From Chrysomallon squamiferum (taxonomy: Eukaryota > Animalia > Mollusca): a stretch of DNA of 64,000 bases. The notes beneath the pieces were generated by a model. The model was not told the DNA's origin and made no database searches. It was given only the letters and a program-made list of their open reading frames with translations. Where the stretch lies: contig CM022670.1 in assembly GCA_012295275.1 (NCBI GenBank), forward strand, positions 8,866,001 to 8,930,000. The letters are read 5' to 3'. The translations under genes were made by a program, and so were the position numbers. The first letter of the stretch is position 1; each line of letters begins with the position of its first letter. This document shows positions 13,182 through 27,671 of the stretch, piece by piece.

Positions 13182-13909
13182 AGTAACAATTGTCTATCCG
13201 ATAACATTACTGCGATAGATAAATTAAACAGTATAAATTAAAATAAACAATGACCGTAATATTTTGTTGAACGTACTATTACTTATTGCTGCCACGGTTA
13301 TTGTAATATTACTGCTATTGCTATTGCTATTACTGTTGCTGTACTATTACTACTACTACTACTACTAAAACAACTGTATAAGCTACTATTAGTATTACAT
13401 CTAAAACAACATCTATAACTACTACTATTACTTGAAGAAGAAAAAAAAAAAAAAAATATATATATATATAAATATATAAATAAATAAATAAAATGAAAAT
13501 AAGAATATGCTATTTTTCTATTATTATTATTTTTTAAAAGAGCGTGGGAAGATTCTCAGCAGGAATGTATTGAAAATCTTTATCTCTAATTACTTATTTC
13601 AGCAGTTAATGGGTGGCAGCTGTTTTATGTTCTTTTTATTCTTCATTGACTTTCATACACCGTAAAAATACTGCTGTATAATAATTATGATATATGTAGA
13701 TGTTAATGCCTCGATATTTCTTATAAACTAGAAACTGTAGAATGCTGACATACCTTTATTGAAAATATATGTAATAAATCACTTCTTTAAATGAATGAAA
13801 GAATAAATTAATAAATGGCTAACGACATTTAAAACACACAGACAGAAAAAAAAAATAATGGCATAAAAAAAAAATATATAATAATAACAATATTATTATT
13901 ATTAATACA

Positions 13910-13992
13910 CAAGAAGGATGGGATTCGAACCCAGGCGGACAGAGCTCAATGAATTAGCAGTCCATCGCCTTAACCACTTGGACCACCTCGTC
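13910..13992 (-). pseudogene. tRNA-Ser(GCU) pseudogene
   Basis: Same sequence family, with mismatches in the acceptor, T, variable and anticodon stems and a 1-nt insertion in the D-arm/A-box. Confidence 0.88.
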
Positions 13993-14981
13993 AAGAATGA
14001 TCGCTTTAAGGTGAATGTTATTTACAGTTTTAAAGAATACGAGTTATATTCATTATTATCATCACCAGCATCGTTTTAATATTATTATTATTATTATGGG
14101 ATGAGAATGGATGCTCTGAGTTTAATTAAATATTTTAAAAAAAAAAAAAAAAAAAAAATTATTATATGAATTCTCATAATATGAATTTCCCAGTAAATTA
14201 ATTACTATTAGTGTTATTTTAAACCTATATTATATAGTATATTGACAGAAGGTAGCACGATGTACTTCTAACACAAAAATAACGTTCACGCGAATTTCGT
14301 TAAAAGACAGGTTATCGTCAGGTGATACCAGAAACGTCCCGCGACAGATTAACAGGATGCTATCAAAACAAAGTTTGAGTAATTTTGACTCGTTTCAGAA
14401 TCCCGCATCCTGTCACCAGCAGGACAAAGGTGTCAAACATTGGATCAGTTCGCGTCGAATGTTGAACCAAGTCGCGACGTTTGAGGACCAGCAAACATAT
14501 TAACACCAGTTGTTTTGGTAATAGTATCTAAACAACAAGCGCCAAGGTCTCAAATAGTTCTGCGCATGAATACAAACTGAAGATTAACCACAAGCTGTTT
14601 CCACTCAATGTGTGGCTCGTGCAGCTATAAGATCTTTCTCGGCTCCTCCTCTCTTGTTAAACTGTTTATAATATTTGTCACCAATGTAATGTAAACGATA
14701 TAACGTGTTATTTACAGTTTCATATTTGATACTTGAACTGCTGCTCAAGTAGATTTTTTTATTTTTTCATGATATTATTTATTGCTGTTTTTTTTTTTTT
14801 TTTTTTTTCACTTTTCCTTTTACACCTCGATTTTTATTTATTTATTTATTTATTTGTTTATTTATTCTTTTTATTATAGTTATCCTTATTATTATTATTA
14901 AAATATTTGACATCTGAATATGGAGTTATTTTATTAATTTTATTTATTATCATCATCATCATTATTATTATCATTATTATC

Positions 14982-15017
<36 letters not shown>

Positions 15018-15644
15018 TAAGAATATACAAGTGTAATGTTAACACTGAATAACATACACATATGTACATGCAGAGGAATGAAAAGGAATTGTGTAAAATG
15101 CTCCTAGTTAGTAAGTTACGGAAAGGTCGGACACATTACTAACAAGAACAGTCCGTACACTGAAAAACTGCTTTTAAATTACTCATTTATACACTTATAT
15201 TGCTTTTATATCAGGACAAACCTGCTATTAGCTCCTTGATTCGTGTGTTGAAAAACAAAACACGAATATATGGACTGAAATTTTATGTTTGCATTTTAAG
15301 ATTCCCTAGAGAAATCAGACAGTAAAACATGGCGTGTCTTTTATGATTCTTTTCCATGGACCTCACACACAGACAACACCCACCTTGTTAATGTGCAATC
15401 ACCTGTTTTATAATCCCCCTTTAATTACGTATCTCTGTGTTCCCATCAAACGTGTATGTTGCCGTGTCGTGCTGGGAAAAATAGTTCTATAAATTACTCA
15501 GTCTATCAACTTTTTAACTGCTTTCCTTTTTCTTTTCTCTTTCAGTTTATTTATTTAATTTATTTAGTTATTATTATTATTATTCTTTTTTTTTTTTTAT
15601 TTTTTTTTTTTTACTGTTATGAAAGTTAAACGTGTAACCCGTAT

Positions 15645-15726
15645 GACGAGGTGGCCGAGTGGTTAAGGCGATGGACTGCTAATCCATTGGGCTCTGCCCG
15701 CGTGGGTTCGAATCCCATCCTCGTCG
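15645..15726 (+). tRNA. tRNA-Ser-GCT: tRNA-Ser(GCU)
   Basis: Identical to the 12430-12511 copy but on the opposite strand; long oligo-T Pol III terminator from 15735. Confidence 0.97.
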
Positions 15727-16028
15727 ATGAATGGTTTTTTTTTTTTTCTTTAATGCTTCTTGGGTTTCATCATTGTTGCAATATTTCTGATGGCCACTGT
15801 CTTTTGATGTTGATTGATTCTATAAAACATTTAATACCTAATATCGTTACGAGCTCAGTAGTGGTCATCAAAGTGGTTGATACGGACCCTTTGAATCAAT
15901 AGTGTAATGTTATGGATCGACAAATGTCAACGGGTCAATAGTAAACAGAGGGTCAATTATGGTAATAGTGTTAACATTATAAGTAACTGGTGATTAATAA
16001 GATATTTTTATTTTATTTTATTTTATTT

Positions 16029-16063
<35 letters not shown>

Positions 16064-19000
16064 TGTTTTTTTAAATTACTAGTGACTTTATCTGTAAATA
16101 GAAAAATCTATTATTGAAAATATATACATTTTTAATTTGTTTCACATAATTGTGGATCGATGAAACATCAAATATTCCACGAAAAGGAAAATGGTCTAAA
16201 ATATTTGCAGACATCTAGTTTAAAAAATGAAACTAAGGTTAATATTTAATATAATTTGATAACATAACAGATTAGTCGTTTTCGTTCAGCATTTGTTTTC
16301 TAAATCATCGTGCCTGTTTATAAATCTATCTAAAGTGTCTTTCCCCGTACCATTTCTTTAATGCAACTCTTTTAACTAATGACATAAATTTTCTTTCCGC
16401 TTTATTTTTCCGTCAAAATAAAATAACATGAAACAGTTGCTACTTTATGGTAAGATTATTATTTACAGATGAGAAGAAAAATAAACAATAAAAAAAAAAA
16501 ATAATAATTCAACTTGTCAAAAACAATGCACCTTAAAGCCCTATATATATATATATATATTATATTATTTTATAATAAAAAAATCTGTATAATTTATTTA
16601 AATACATTAAGCTGGAAGAAAGTAACCAAGTGGAGAGATTAAAATAATGCAGCGAACAACTTCAAACGATTAGCTGTTGAAAGAAGCCCACGAACAACAC
16701 GTTGTGTCGAGTCAAAGAAAGAATGCAGTAATAAAAAAAACAGTTTTCTCTCGTCATTAAAACAGACGATGTGTTAACAACACGGCTTCGGTCGCAATAA
16801 ACCATCTTCCCGCGCGGTTACAGCACTGTCCATTGTTCTTAAAAAGACCATCAAAGGATTACTCTTTCATGTTTTGGGCTTCAGTGAGGAACACCCACGG
16901 TTGTGATAGCTCCATTAAACTGCACGTGCACAAACATTATGAACAGCGCCATCTACATCCGGTTTACGATGCTTTAAACGGAAGTTTAGTTTCGCGCTCG
17001 TGTTGACGCAGTCACTGAACCACAGGTAATAATCTTTTATGAGTAGAGAAAATAATGGTAAAAGAATACTGACACAAAATTATAATAAGAATTAAATAAA
17101 AGAAAAATAAAAGAAACCTTAAGTAGAAAATGACATTACAAACGGTTAAATATTTTCAATAAAATTACTTAATAATAAACACATTTTTTTTTTTTTTTTT
17201 TAATTTATAAATAAATTGTTTGTTAAATATAATCTTAATGTTTTTATTCAAGAATAATATTTTGTGATATTTAAAATATTGAAATATGTTTAAAAATTAT
17301 TACAAAGTCTAAAGACATCAAAAATGTGTAACCACAGTGTACTGAACAAAATTTTATTTCATGTTTGGATGTAATAAAAAAAAAAAAAAAAAGAATGTAC
17401 CCATCTCGTTTATTACGGTTTTTCCTTGAATGAATATTTTGTTCAGTAGTAAGGATTCGTTAGCATTATAAATAACAACAAAAACAACAACAAATTAAGA
17501 AGAAGAAGAAAAGGAAGAAGAAGAAGAAGAAGAAGAAAAGGAAGAAGAGGGAGAATAAGAAGAAAAAGAAGAAGAAGAAGAAGAAAAGAAGAAGAAAAAA
17601 TCTATTAAAAAAATCAATGACAAATAAAATTAAGTTAATTCTTTTATAACAGATCATTTATATCTGTATCAACAAACAAAATACTTTCAGATAAAAAAAA
17701 ATATATTTTTTATTAACTGCGTCTGTTTTCTTTCCTTTTAATGATTATTGTTTCAAATACGGTCAAGCCTGCAATCCGGATTTCTTAAACTACTCAGCAG
17801 CGATAAAAGCGAGCCGTCAGTGAGTTATCAAACCCCAGTCTCTTTAATGAAAAACTAATCAAAATAAAACCTTTAGCTTTAAGAAGACTCACGGTACTTC
17901 GTGATCGAGACTATAATTTCTGAACTTTGACCTTTAGCTGAACGATGCACTAAAAGACTAATATTATCCGACGATTCGAAAATTAAAAGCTTAGACAGGT
18001 TTCCATTTAATTTCAGTTTGGTTACCAGACATAACCGCAAACAGGAATGTTTCGGTTAGAAAGATATAACTATATATTTAAGAATTATTCGTAAATTTCG
18101 ATAATCGAAATAAACAGTATGAACACAGGCATGATATATCTTTCAGAATGTTTAAGTATAAATAAAAAACAAACAAAAAATGTCAGAAATGAGTTAAAGA
18201 ATTTTTTTTTCAGTAGGTTTGCAGATTGAAAGAAACGTAATGGTGAAAATTGTTGATGACCTGTTTATGATGAAGTTAGTAGTAGTAGTTATGGCAGTAA
18301 TAATAATAATAGTAGTAGCAGCAGGAACAGTATAATAGTAGAAGCGCTAGTAGTAATAGTAGTAGTAGTAGAAAAAGTAGAACTAGAAGTATTAATAGAA
18401 ATATAATAAGTAGTAGCAGTAGTTAGAAGAGGAAAATGAGCAGTGGTATTACAAGAAGGTAGTAATAATAGATATATTGGTGTGCAGCAGTAAAGATGAT
18501 GCGGTTCTTGATATAACAAAAATCCCCAACAAATTATGTTATCAGTTATAGTTAAAAACAGTTCTCGATATCTGTGCACATGTAATGCATCCCCATGGGA
18601 CAGCAATGCATCGTGTCACGTGATAATAATTACCACACGCCACGAGCAATGTCACCAAGGTGATGGATGCAAGGAAAACCACCTGCTGAGATTTATTGAA
18701 AACTGAGAAAGCTGACTCTAGTTATCTCATTAAGGAAAGCTTCACGAGATTCCTCTCAGATGTTAATTAGCCGAACTCTTTCCTAATCACTTTCGGATTA
18801 GACAACTAAAAATTACAGCCGAGATGTAAAACGTGGAAACGTGTTGCGTCCAAACCGGACCGGATATTACTTGCCCCTGGTAACGTCTTCCAGACGACTA
18901 TTTTTCCACTTACAGTTTTCAGCTGATTGTCCTGCGGCGAAACTTCAGTGAAAATAACCTGTTTGAACTTTATAAGAACCCACATTAAGTGGTCGATTAG

Positions 19001-20949
19001 GCTCATGCATGTTATTTTCAGATTTAATTTATAAAAATTAATTTCAGCGTTAAGGTAATGCAATTTTGGTATTATTCATCATAATGAGAAAAGCCGTCTT
19101 TTGCTGCCGAAATTTTCGATTTCGATATTCTTTTCAGTTTAGTTTAAATGTACTTTTAAAGTGTAATAACATCAGCCACAAAGGATTAATATCTGTGACC
19201 TGTCTGTATTCAGTTTCTTATTTTTTTCAGCAGTGCAATAAAACGATTGAGTAAATATTTGTTTAATCAGTTATTTTTAACTGGTGTTACGTATTAAAGT
19301 TATGGTTTTGAATGATAATGACATTTACGAAGTAGAAAACTCATTCTGCCTCTCTCTGTACAAATCATAGGTGAACAATAAACGATCTTTAAAATTCATC
19401 TTTCAAATGGACCACAACAACAACAATAACAACAATAAAAATAGCAAAAGCAACAGCAACAACTAAACTAAAATCATACACTGAACCAAGTGTGGAAAAG
19501 AAAGATTATCAGTTGTTACTTCGAGGTGTTTTGATCCTGTGACCTCTCGTGTCTGACGTCATTGCCAAATTGTTTATAGCCTTTAATTACCCATAACAAG
19601 TTAATAACTAGTAATTAATAAATCAAATAAACCAATATAAATAAAAAAAAAAAAAAAATAAATAAATAAATAAAAATATAATAAAATAAAATAAAATAAA
19701 CAATTAAATAAATAAATAATAACTAAATAAATAAATAAATAAATAAATAAAATATATCATCACTTTCGTTATGACAGAAAATAATAAATGATCAAAAATA
19801 ACGTTAGAAATTAATAAATTCCTAATTACAAAATTTCCTTAAATAAAGATGGTAATCAATCAAAAATTATCTTCTGTCTTATATTGATCTAAAGCTATCA
19901 CCCTACAACGGAATATGATCTTCTCGGAGGAAATAAATAAAAAAAATCCAGAGATCAAACAGAATCCAAGATACGTGCTTTCTTCGAGTAAGTTTTCAAT
20001 CCGCGTGTCTCAAACAAACAAACGTAGCGACTCGGATATTGAATCTCAGTATGTCGTAGTCTGTTAGCGTAGCACTGCGACCAGTCTTAGATATGATTAA
20101 TTGACAATAAGAAAGCCTTCTGATCAAATTAGTTTAACAACGCGAGTCCCATTATGCTATTTTATGAATTAATTTATATATAATGTTTGTTTATATACTA
20201 AATTGATGGGTAAAAATAATAAAACAGCTTTGGCAGCATCAGAGTCTAGTCATCACGTATTGAAAGTTCGTTTTGTTTGAGTTGATTGTTTTATATCGAT
20301 AACTCATCTCACTTTATAGATACTTGTAATTTGCTTTAAATATCGCAGTAACCACCACAACTACTATTAATTTCTGAACTGGTACTGCTACAACCATTCA
20401 CTGTCACTACTTCTACTTCACATCAACTGTTTCATTATTACTACTGTTACTACTGTTACAACTACAAAAATTGATACTTGTTTCTAACACGATACCACAA
20501 CTTCTATTTCGACCAGTTAATATACATTAATGCTAGCAACTATAACAATTAATCATTTAAGGTTCAAAACGGCAGCACAGACATTTTTCATGCTTGACAA
20601 AACTTGAAAAATCAGTTCCTGCCGAATGTTTATTTGCGACTGCTGCAGGAAAGAGGCAAATGTCTCTTTGATACCCAATTGGTTTTGTTGCCATTTCGTG
20701 ACATCGATCTCGTGTAATTGGTCAGATTACAGAGATATTTTGTCTTTCACCCGCCAATTACGTCTTGTCAATATGATGCCGAGCTTGTGTCTCAGTGGCA
20801 GGACTCTGACATCGATTACCCACCAAACAGAGCTGGAGAGATTTCGAAGGCAGACATCAATCACCAGCATCATAATAGAGTGTCCCGTCATTGTTCCCGG
20901 AGTAGCATCAGACCAAGGTGTAGCACTCGAATCTCTCTGTCAGGAACTG

Positions 20950-21135
20950 GCAGTGGATTAGTGGTTTGTGCACTGAAGTGAGAAGCTCAAGGTTACAGGA
21001 TCGATGTTCATTAGAGGTCCGTTTGAGTGATATCGCGTTCCAGTTGGTACTCAGAACCAGGTTTATCAAATAACCATAATTTCATTCTTGACAACAGGAA
21101 GGTGTATGTTAAAAAAATCGTTTGCTGACAATTAA
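20950..21135 (+). mobile_element. Highly decayed SINE, probably the same Nin-like family as 9695-9970
   Basis: tRNA-like head (GGATTAGTGGT...GGATCGAT), then CGTTCCAG...GGAAGGTGTATGTTAAAAAAATCGTTTGCTG, colinear with the recalled SINE core. Confidence 0.4.
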
Positions 21136-21924
21136 TAATGAAAATATTACTAGTATTACCACTGCTTCTAGTAGTTCTAGTAAAACAGATAGGACTAATA
21201 CTACTACTATTACTACTAAGGCAAAGTATGTATAATAACAACAACAACAACAGTAATATTAATATTAATAATAATACTTATAACTATCACTTTCACTGTT
21301 AGTATTACTTCAGCTGTTCCTGTTAATACTAATGCAATAGCAGTGGTAGTAGTAGCAGCAGTAGTAGCAGTAGTAGCAGTAGCAATAAATAAATAAATAA
21401 ATGAATAAAGCAAGGAAGAAATAAAGAAAGAAAGTAAGAAATATTAAACCTCAGATACTTCGTCGATCCTATTTTCTTTCCATCTGTATTCTTTGAAAAA
21501 AAATGAAATTTTTTTTTTCTATAATACTAAAAGCTTTTAAAATGCATGTGTAGCGGCAGCAAAAATCCGTTAAGCTGTTCATGTATCGATAGTTACTTTA
21601 TACGATTTCTAAAACGAACAAAATCCTTTGGCTGAGAGATTGAAAATCCTGTCTTCAGTAACAACTGCAATAGATTTTAGGATTGTTTTAGGATCGCACG
21701 AAATTACACATCGATTAAATAACGATTTAGAACAGGTGTAGAATTTAACTAATTAGATGTATTATTGTAATTAAATACATTTGCATGGTTGTTTCTATTT
21801 AAGGTTCTGACAAATTCACTTTGTCCTCTGGCAAACGAAAAGCGGATTCACTTATTTGTAAATGGTTTAAGCAGGATAAATGCAATACGTGCATAACTTA
21901 TATTTAATTGGAATTGGTCTCTCT

Positions 21925-22023
<99 letters not shown>

Positions 22024-22959
22024 GTATGTTTGCGTGTGGTGTGTCTTTCTGTGTCCCCTCTTTCTATTTCTTTGTCTATCTATATTCCAGCATCTATTTT
22101 GTCCCTCTGTCTTTCTTTCTGTAGTCTGTTTGTATAACTATCTCTGCTTTTCCATCTCCAGCAAGCTCACTTTCTCATTCTCTTGAACTCTCTTCTTTGT
22201 CTCCATTCCATCCGTCACTCTTTCTCTCTCCTTTGCTCTCTGTATTCTTCTACATAACTTACTCTTCCTGTTTCTCTCTCAACATTTCAGCTATTTCATT
22301 AATATTTGCAGTTATGTTCGAGTTACTATAATTATTGATGTTAACAGAGAAACTGCATGGGCATGAATCTATTGTTAATAACACAAAACTAATATGCTAT
22401 TCTGAAGATAGAAATATTTAATGTGAAGAATTACAGTTAGTTTTTCCCTTGAGACATTTCATCTGACTCTTTCTGTTCTTCTCCAGATGGGCATGGAAGG
22501 CCTTTGTTCTTGAAAACCAAACAAAACCGATGGCAGACAGATATATACATACATAAATTATTTTTATAAATATCCCCAAAATATACAAAAATAATTTGAC
22601 TATACTGTCAGCTTTTTGTTTTGTTTTGTTTTGTTTAAATGACTGAATGAAGATATCTATGAAGGACAACAGACAGGCAAATAAACAGACGAAAATTAAT
22701 TATAAACTTGCTTATGTAGATGAGAACATGTGTGTGCATGCAAATTAAAGTGCTTAACAGATGTGACAATACATTATGTGCGAACTATGTGTAAAGATTC
22801 GCATGTTAATTCAGTTATAAAAGCAGACCCTCTTATAGTTAAGTCACTTTGTCTGTCTGCATTTAAGAATCGGCATATTTCTGTTCTTGGACAGTTTCAC
22901 CATTGCTCCATCGTTGTCAGGGGAATCTCCGACTCACAACTTAAAATTGTTTACACTTT

Positions 22960-23285
22960 TTTCCATCTCCTCGTGTGAATCTTTGACTAATGGCTAAAAT
23001 TCAGACTTTATTCCATCTTCTCGTGTGAATCTTTGACTAATGGCTAAAATTCAGACTTTATTCCATCTTCTCGTGCAAAAATTCAGACTTTATTCCACCT
23101 TCTCGTGCAAAAATTCAGACTTTATTCCATCTTCTCGTGCAAAAATTCAGACTTTATTCCATCTTCTCGTGTGAATCTTTGACTCACGAGCAAAAAATTC
23201 AGACTTTATTCCATCTCTTCGTGATTACCAAGTAAAAAAAAAAATTGAACTTTATTCCATCTCCTTGTATGAATCTGTGATTCAC
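22960..23285. repeat. Minisatellite with alternating long (about 52 bp) and short (about 33 bp) units
   Basis: Core AAAATTCAGACTTTATTCCATCTTCTCGTG repeated about 7 times, with or without TGAATCTTTGACTAATGGCT. Confidence 0.92.
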
Positions 23286-23714
23286 GAGTAACATTCACAC
23301 AGCTGAAGAATTTGTAGACAGGTGTCACTGAAGACCTATCGTCTCTAAAGTTGCAGATCGTGAGTGACACTTGCCTCTGGTTACACACATACACTGACCT
23401 AATAACACGGCACATTAGTCAATAACCAGTGACACAAGACACATTAAGCCTAATCATAAAATGTGCCTTGGGTGGCGAGTGCCGCTATTATATGCAAGCC
23501 TGATTTGAAAATTCAATCAACATTTATTGGACAATTTCCTCGTGTGGACATGTCTGCTTGTTGAAGCATCGTTTACTGTGAAAATAATCAATTTCATCTA
23601 GCTCTGTACCTTTAATGTTATAATTAAAAAAAATAAAAAAATAATTTAAAAATAAAATAAAAAGTAAGTCAGTCAGTTAGTATGTAAGTAAATAAATAAA
23701 TAAATAAATATTTG

Positions 23715-23935
23715 ACTTTACGATTCAGTCTGGATCATAAGTTCTAGATTTTGGTTCTTAATGAATGAATATTTTAAAAACGTGTCTTTCTGCTAAAAAA
23801 AAAAAGACACGTTTTTAAAAATATTCATTCGTTGGTGGTAAATATTCATTCATTTTATGTCTGAAAAGTGAAATAACACCAAAATCGAGAAACACCAAAA
23901 CGTATGAATCCTGCAACATCGCTGAATTTAAACAC
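23715..23935. mobile_element. Foldback/palindromic element, probably a decayed MITE
   Basis: Inner arms GAATGAATATTTTAAAAACGTGTCTTT and AAAGACACGTTTTTAAAAATATTCATTC (about 23763-23830); degenerate outer arms TCTAGATTTTGGT and ACCAAAATCGAGA. Confidence 0.55.
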
Positions 23936-25580
23936 ATATTAAATCTTGTTTTTTATTTTTATTTATTTTGTATTTTTACTAAATCACATATTTCTCCTAT
24001 GCAGGGCAGCACGTACGTCAGAGTTAGAAAACAGCGACTCGGTTCACTGAACAGTACGTCGCGCTGATGAACTAGGCGTTTCGGGCACATCCTCGACAAT
24101 GAATCAGGCGTTGCGTCGATAAATAGGAAATTACAGATCAGGGCTTCGCTTCACTGAACTTTGAGCTTTGCCTCAGTGAATAGAGCGTTGCGAAATAATT
24201 ATCCGTTATTAAAAGAAATAACCTACGAGCCGCTGAAGCTGGAGCGATGCAATAGGTTTTAATACAAGTCACGCGGCTTTATTCCCTCTGAATGGTTCGG
24301 TAATGATTCAGCGGCAAACGGGGTGAATTTGTTACGCATGACGGAACGTTATATCGTCCGAAAAGGAAGCAAACTGACTGACATAAAGTAAAATCTCGTG
24401 TCAGATGGATTGTCGTGGGTCTTGCATTGAGGTTTCTTGATCGCGAACAAAACAGGATTTAACGGCAAATGTTAATATGTGTTTTGTTCAAAAATGCAGC
24501 TAGTTGAACGTTTAAAAAGATTCTTCATTCCAGTTACATTACGGTGTCTTTGAGTTATTAAATTTTTTAACCAACAGTCTTTGAGTTATCATTTTTTAAT
24601 CAGTGTTCCGTGATTCCAGACAACGGGATGGAGGAGATTCGTTATTTTCAGGATGCTATAACTTTCAAGAAGAAATGACTTTCATAATCAAAAAAAAAAA
24701 AAAAAAAAAAAAAAAAATCGATCTGCAAAAATCCGCGTGTGGTAAAATATTTCATCACTTATTAATAACAGAATTAATTATAGAATACAACAATGGGACT
24801 TGTGGAACAACATGAATTCTACTGATAATCCACTTTGGTGATAATAAGTGTACAAGTAGCAGGTGAAGTGGTAGTAGTAGAAGTAGTAGTAGTAGTAGTT
24901 GTAGTAGTAATAATAATGTAATAATGTAGCAGCAGTAGTAGTAGTAGTAATAATAATGTAGTATCTGTAGTAGAAATAGGTAGTTTTAGTTATGTGTTAT
25001 TAGCTTAAAAAGTTGTAGTTAAAATATTTGTATTAGTTAAAATATTAGTATTAGCGTATTTAGTAGTAGTGATAAATGTGGTATTTAGTATTAAAAATGC
25101 CATCATTAATACAGCTATAACATTTTCTTTTAATACAAACCTTTATAATATCTCTACTGTCCTTTAAAAAATCAAAAAAAAAAAAAAAAAATGTGTTTGG
25201 AAAAAAAAAAAAAAAAAAAAATGTGTTTGGAGGAAAAAGAACAATAATAAAAAAAGAAAAATAACAGAAAACGAACAACACAAAACCCATCAGTGATGAG
25301 ATGCGTTTAATGAAAAAAAAAAAAAAAAGAAAATATAAAAAAACATTAAAATAAAAAAATATATATTAAAAGGAGAAGAAAACAATTTAAAAAAAAATAA
25401 TAAAAAATATAAGAAAACATAAAAGAAAAGAAATAAAAGAAAACATAAAAAAAAAAAAAAACAAAAAAAAAAGAAAAAAAAAAGAAGAAAAAGGACAAAA
25501 GTAACAACACAAAATCCAGGCATGGTTATTAACAAAGACTTTTTAAAAATTAGTTTTTATCCCTTCGGCGTTTCCTGCGT

Positions 25581-25750
25581 TTCTAACAGCTAGATACGTT
25601 ATTCTACGTGCAATTTCTAACAGCTAGATACGTTATTCTACGTGCAATTTCTAACAGCTAGATACGTTATTCTACGTGCAATTTCTAACAGCTAGATACG
25701 TTATTCTACGTGCAATTTCTAACAGCTAGATACGTTATTCTACGTGCATT
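25581..25750. repeat. 34-bp tandem repeat, 5 copies
   Basis: TTCTAACAGCTAGATACGTTATTCTACGTGCAAT head-to-tail, with no spacers. Confidence 0.97.
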
Positions 25751-25994
25751 TTCTGTCGTATGTCTGCGAATTCTTCCAGTCGTTTCTGTCCCTGACGTAT
25801 TCGTAATCCAGATTTATAGTGTCACATCATTCACAAACAAGTCAGGTAGTTTCTTCTGAGGATGGAAATACTCGCAGTCTTTCGCCAATCGGCTTACTGA
25901 CTGGCTTGTATTTTTAATCTCTTAAATGTACATTGATTTTTGGTGTGTATGTGTCAGTGAGTGTCTGTGATGTTGTGAGTTTGTATGCGTGTGA

Positions 25995-26032
<38 letters not shown>

Positions 26033-27638
26033 ATGACTGTGTGTGTTCCTGTGTGCACATGGATGTATGTTTATGTCTATGTTTTTTACGGAAACCTAAA
26101 ATTACGACAGAAAAGCTAAGAGAAGCGAATTCAGATTTGAATATTGAGTTTTAACATTTTGCTTACGCGATATGTAATATAGTACAGTTTCATCTGCAAA
26201 ATATTTTTCTTTTACTCTTAATACGCATCAAGCATTTTTTGTTTTGTTTTGTTTTGTCTGTGGCTGATACGGAAGACAAGACACACAATCACTTGATAAG
26301 CTATAAACAAAAGTACGTTACCAGAGACATGAACGTACGCATTATGTGATTTATGTAAGACTAAAACACAGAGCGCTGACTCCATCCCACGTAACAACTT
26401 TTAGAACTAAATTATTAAAATGAATTACTCAGTTACTCCATATGATCTTGCCAGACTAAACACACTGAACATTAAAATGTTATGTAAAATCAATATATAT
26501 AAAATATATATATATATAAGCATCATATTGTATAATTCGGTCCTTTATAAAAATAAGAAGAGGTTAGTGAAATATATGGTGAAAATAAAAACTGTAATTT
26601 ATTCTGTTTTAACATCTGAAGTTATAAAAGCAGCTGTCTCAAAATAAATAAATAAATAAATAAATAAATAAATATTCATACATTTAAACAAAAATAATAT
26701 ATATAATACGAATAATAAAAAGGTTAATAATAATGACGACAACAACAGTAGCACTAAGCAAAAGAACACAACAATAGTAATAATAAATAAAGCAACAAAA
26801 TAAATATACCCGCCCATTTCTCTCAAATAATAACGGTAATAAATATATTCAATTATTCACGCTCAAAATATTATTTACACAAAAATAAAATAGTTTTCAA
26901 GTATCCTGCAGTGCATAGTGATCAAATAACCGTTACATTTAAGTACTAGTATTACTGAATTTAATTTTCTCTTCATTAGGACAAAGCAGTTTCCACTGCT
27001 ATAACCAAGGGCGAAATGAAGATTTCAGATTCAGAATTTTCCTTTCTTATTGATTTATGGAGCGTGTCCATCCAAACTAAATAATGACCACACTTACAAC
27101 CAGGGACATTACTTTAAATTGATCACAGTTTGGCAATTATTTCTCGTGTTTATTGTTTACAAATTACAAAATTTAACACGAACTCGGTGAAAATCTGCTT
27201 CGTTAAAATTATGATATGAATTTTAAAGAATGAAGAGAATAATTTTAGGAAAACCAAGAAGAGTATCACATGTAATGTGTCCCCTGTCTGTCTGTCTGTC
27301 TGTCATACACACATACAAACAGACACACACACATACACACACGTATGCAGACATACACACACACACTTCATTTATCTGATTTCGTGAATATTTTTTACAC
27401 AAACGCGCAGACATGAAATTTAAATACAAACATTTATATACGTGTTTTATTTTTGCATTTATCTGTGTACCATGCACATCTATACACATGCATGCATAAT
27501 TTAAAAGATACTAAATAATTCATCGAAGAATATACGATATCAAATTTCTGAAAATATATGCGCTATCAAATCAATGGCTGTTAATTGTATTATCGATACA
27601 AAAAAAAAAAAAATACAAAAAAATAAAAAAATCATTGA

Positions 27639-27671
<33 letters not shown>

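Noticed and set aside
14350-14415. ACAGGATGC/GCATCCTGT inverted repeat as a possible pre-miRNA
   Set aside because: Only 9 bp pair well, the interior pairs poorly, and I recognise no mature miRNA.
11883-15902. ORFs MAEWLRRWTANPLGSARVGSNPILVD and MGFEPTRAEPNG
   Set aside because: These are translations of the tRNA-Ser genes. Only the CCHC part of 12438-12725 reflects real, LINE-derived coding sequence.
20626-20981. Overlapping plus-strand ORFs in a GC-richer island
   Set aside because: No motif or splice support; the 3' part runs into a SINE remnant.
22960-23285. Repeat of about 30 bp with intervening sequence, resembling a CRISPR array
   Set aside because: The intervening segments are copies of each other or absent, not unique spacers.
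25581-25750. 34-bp repeats of CRISPR-like length
   Set aside because: Head-to-tail with no spacers, no cas genes and a eukaryotic context; an ordinary minisatellite.
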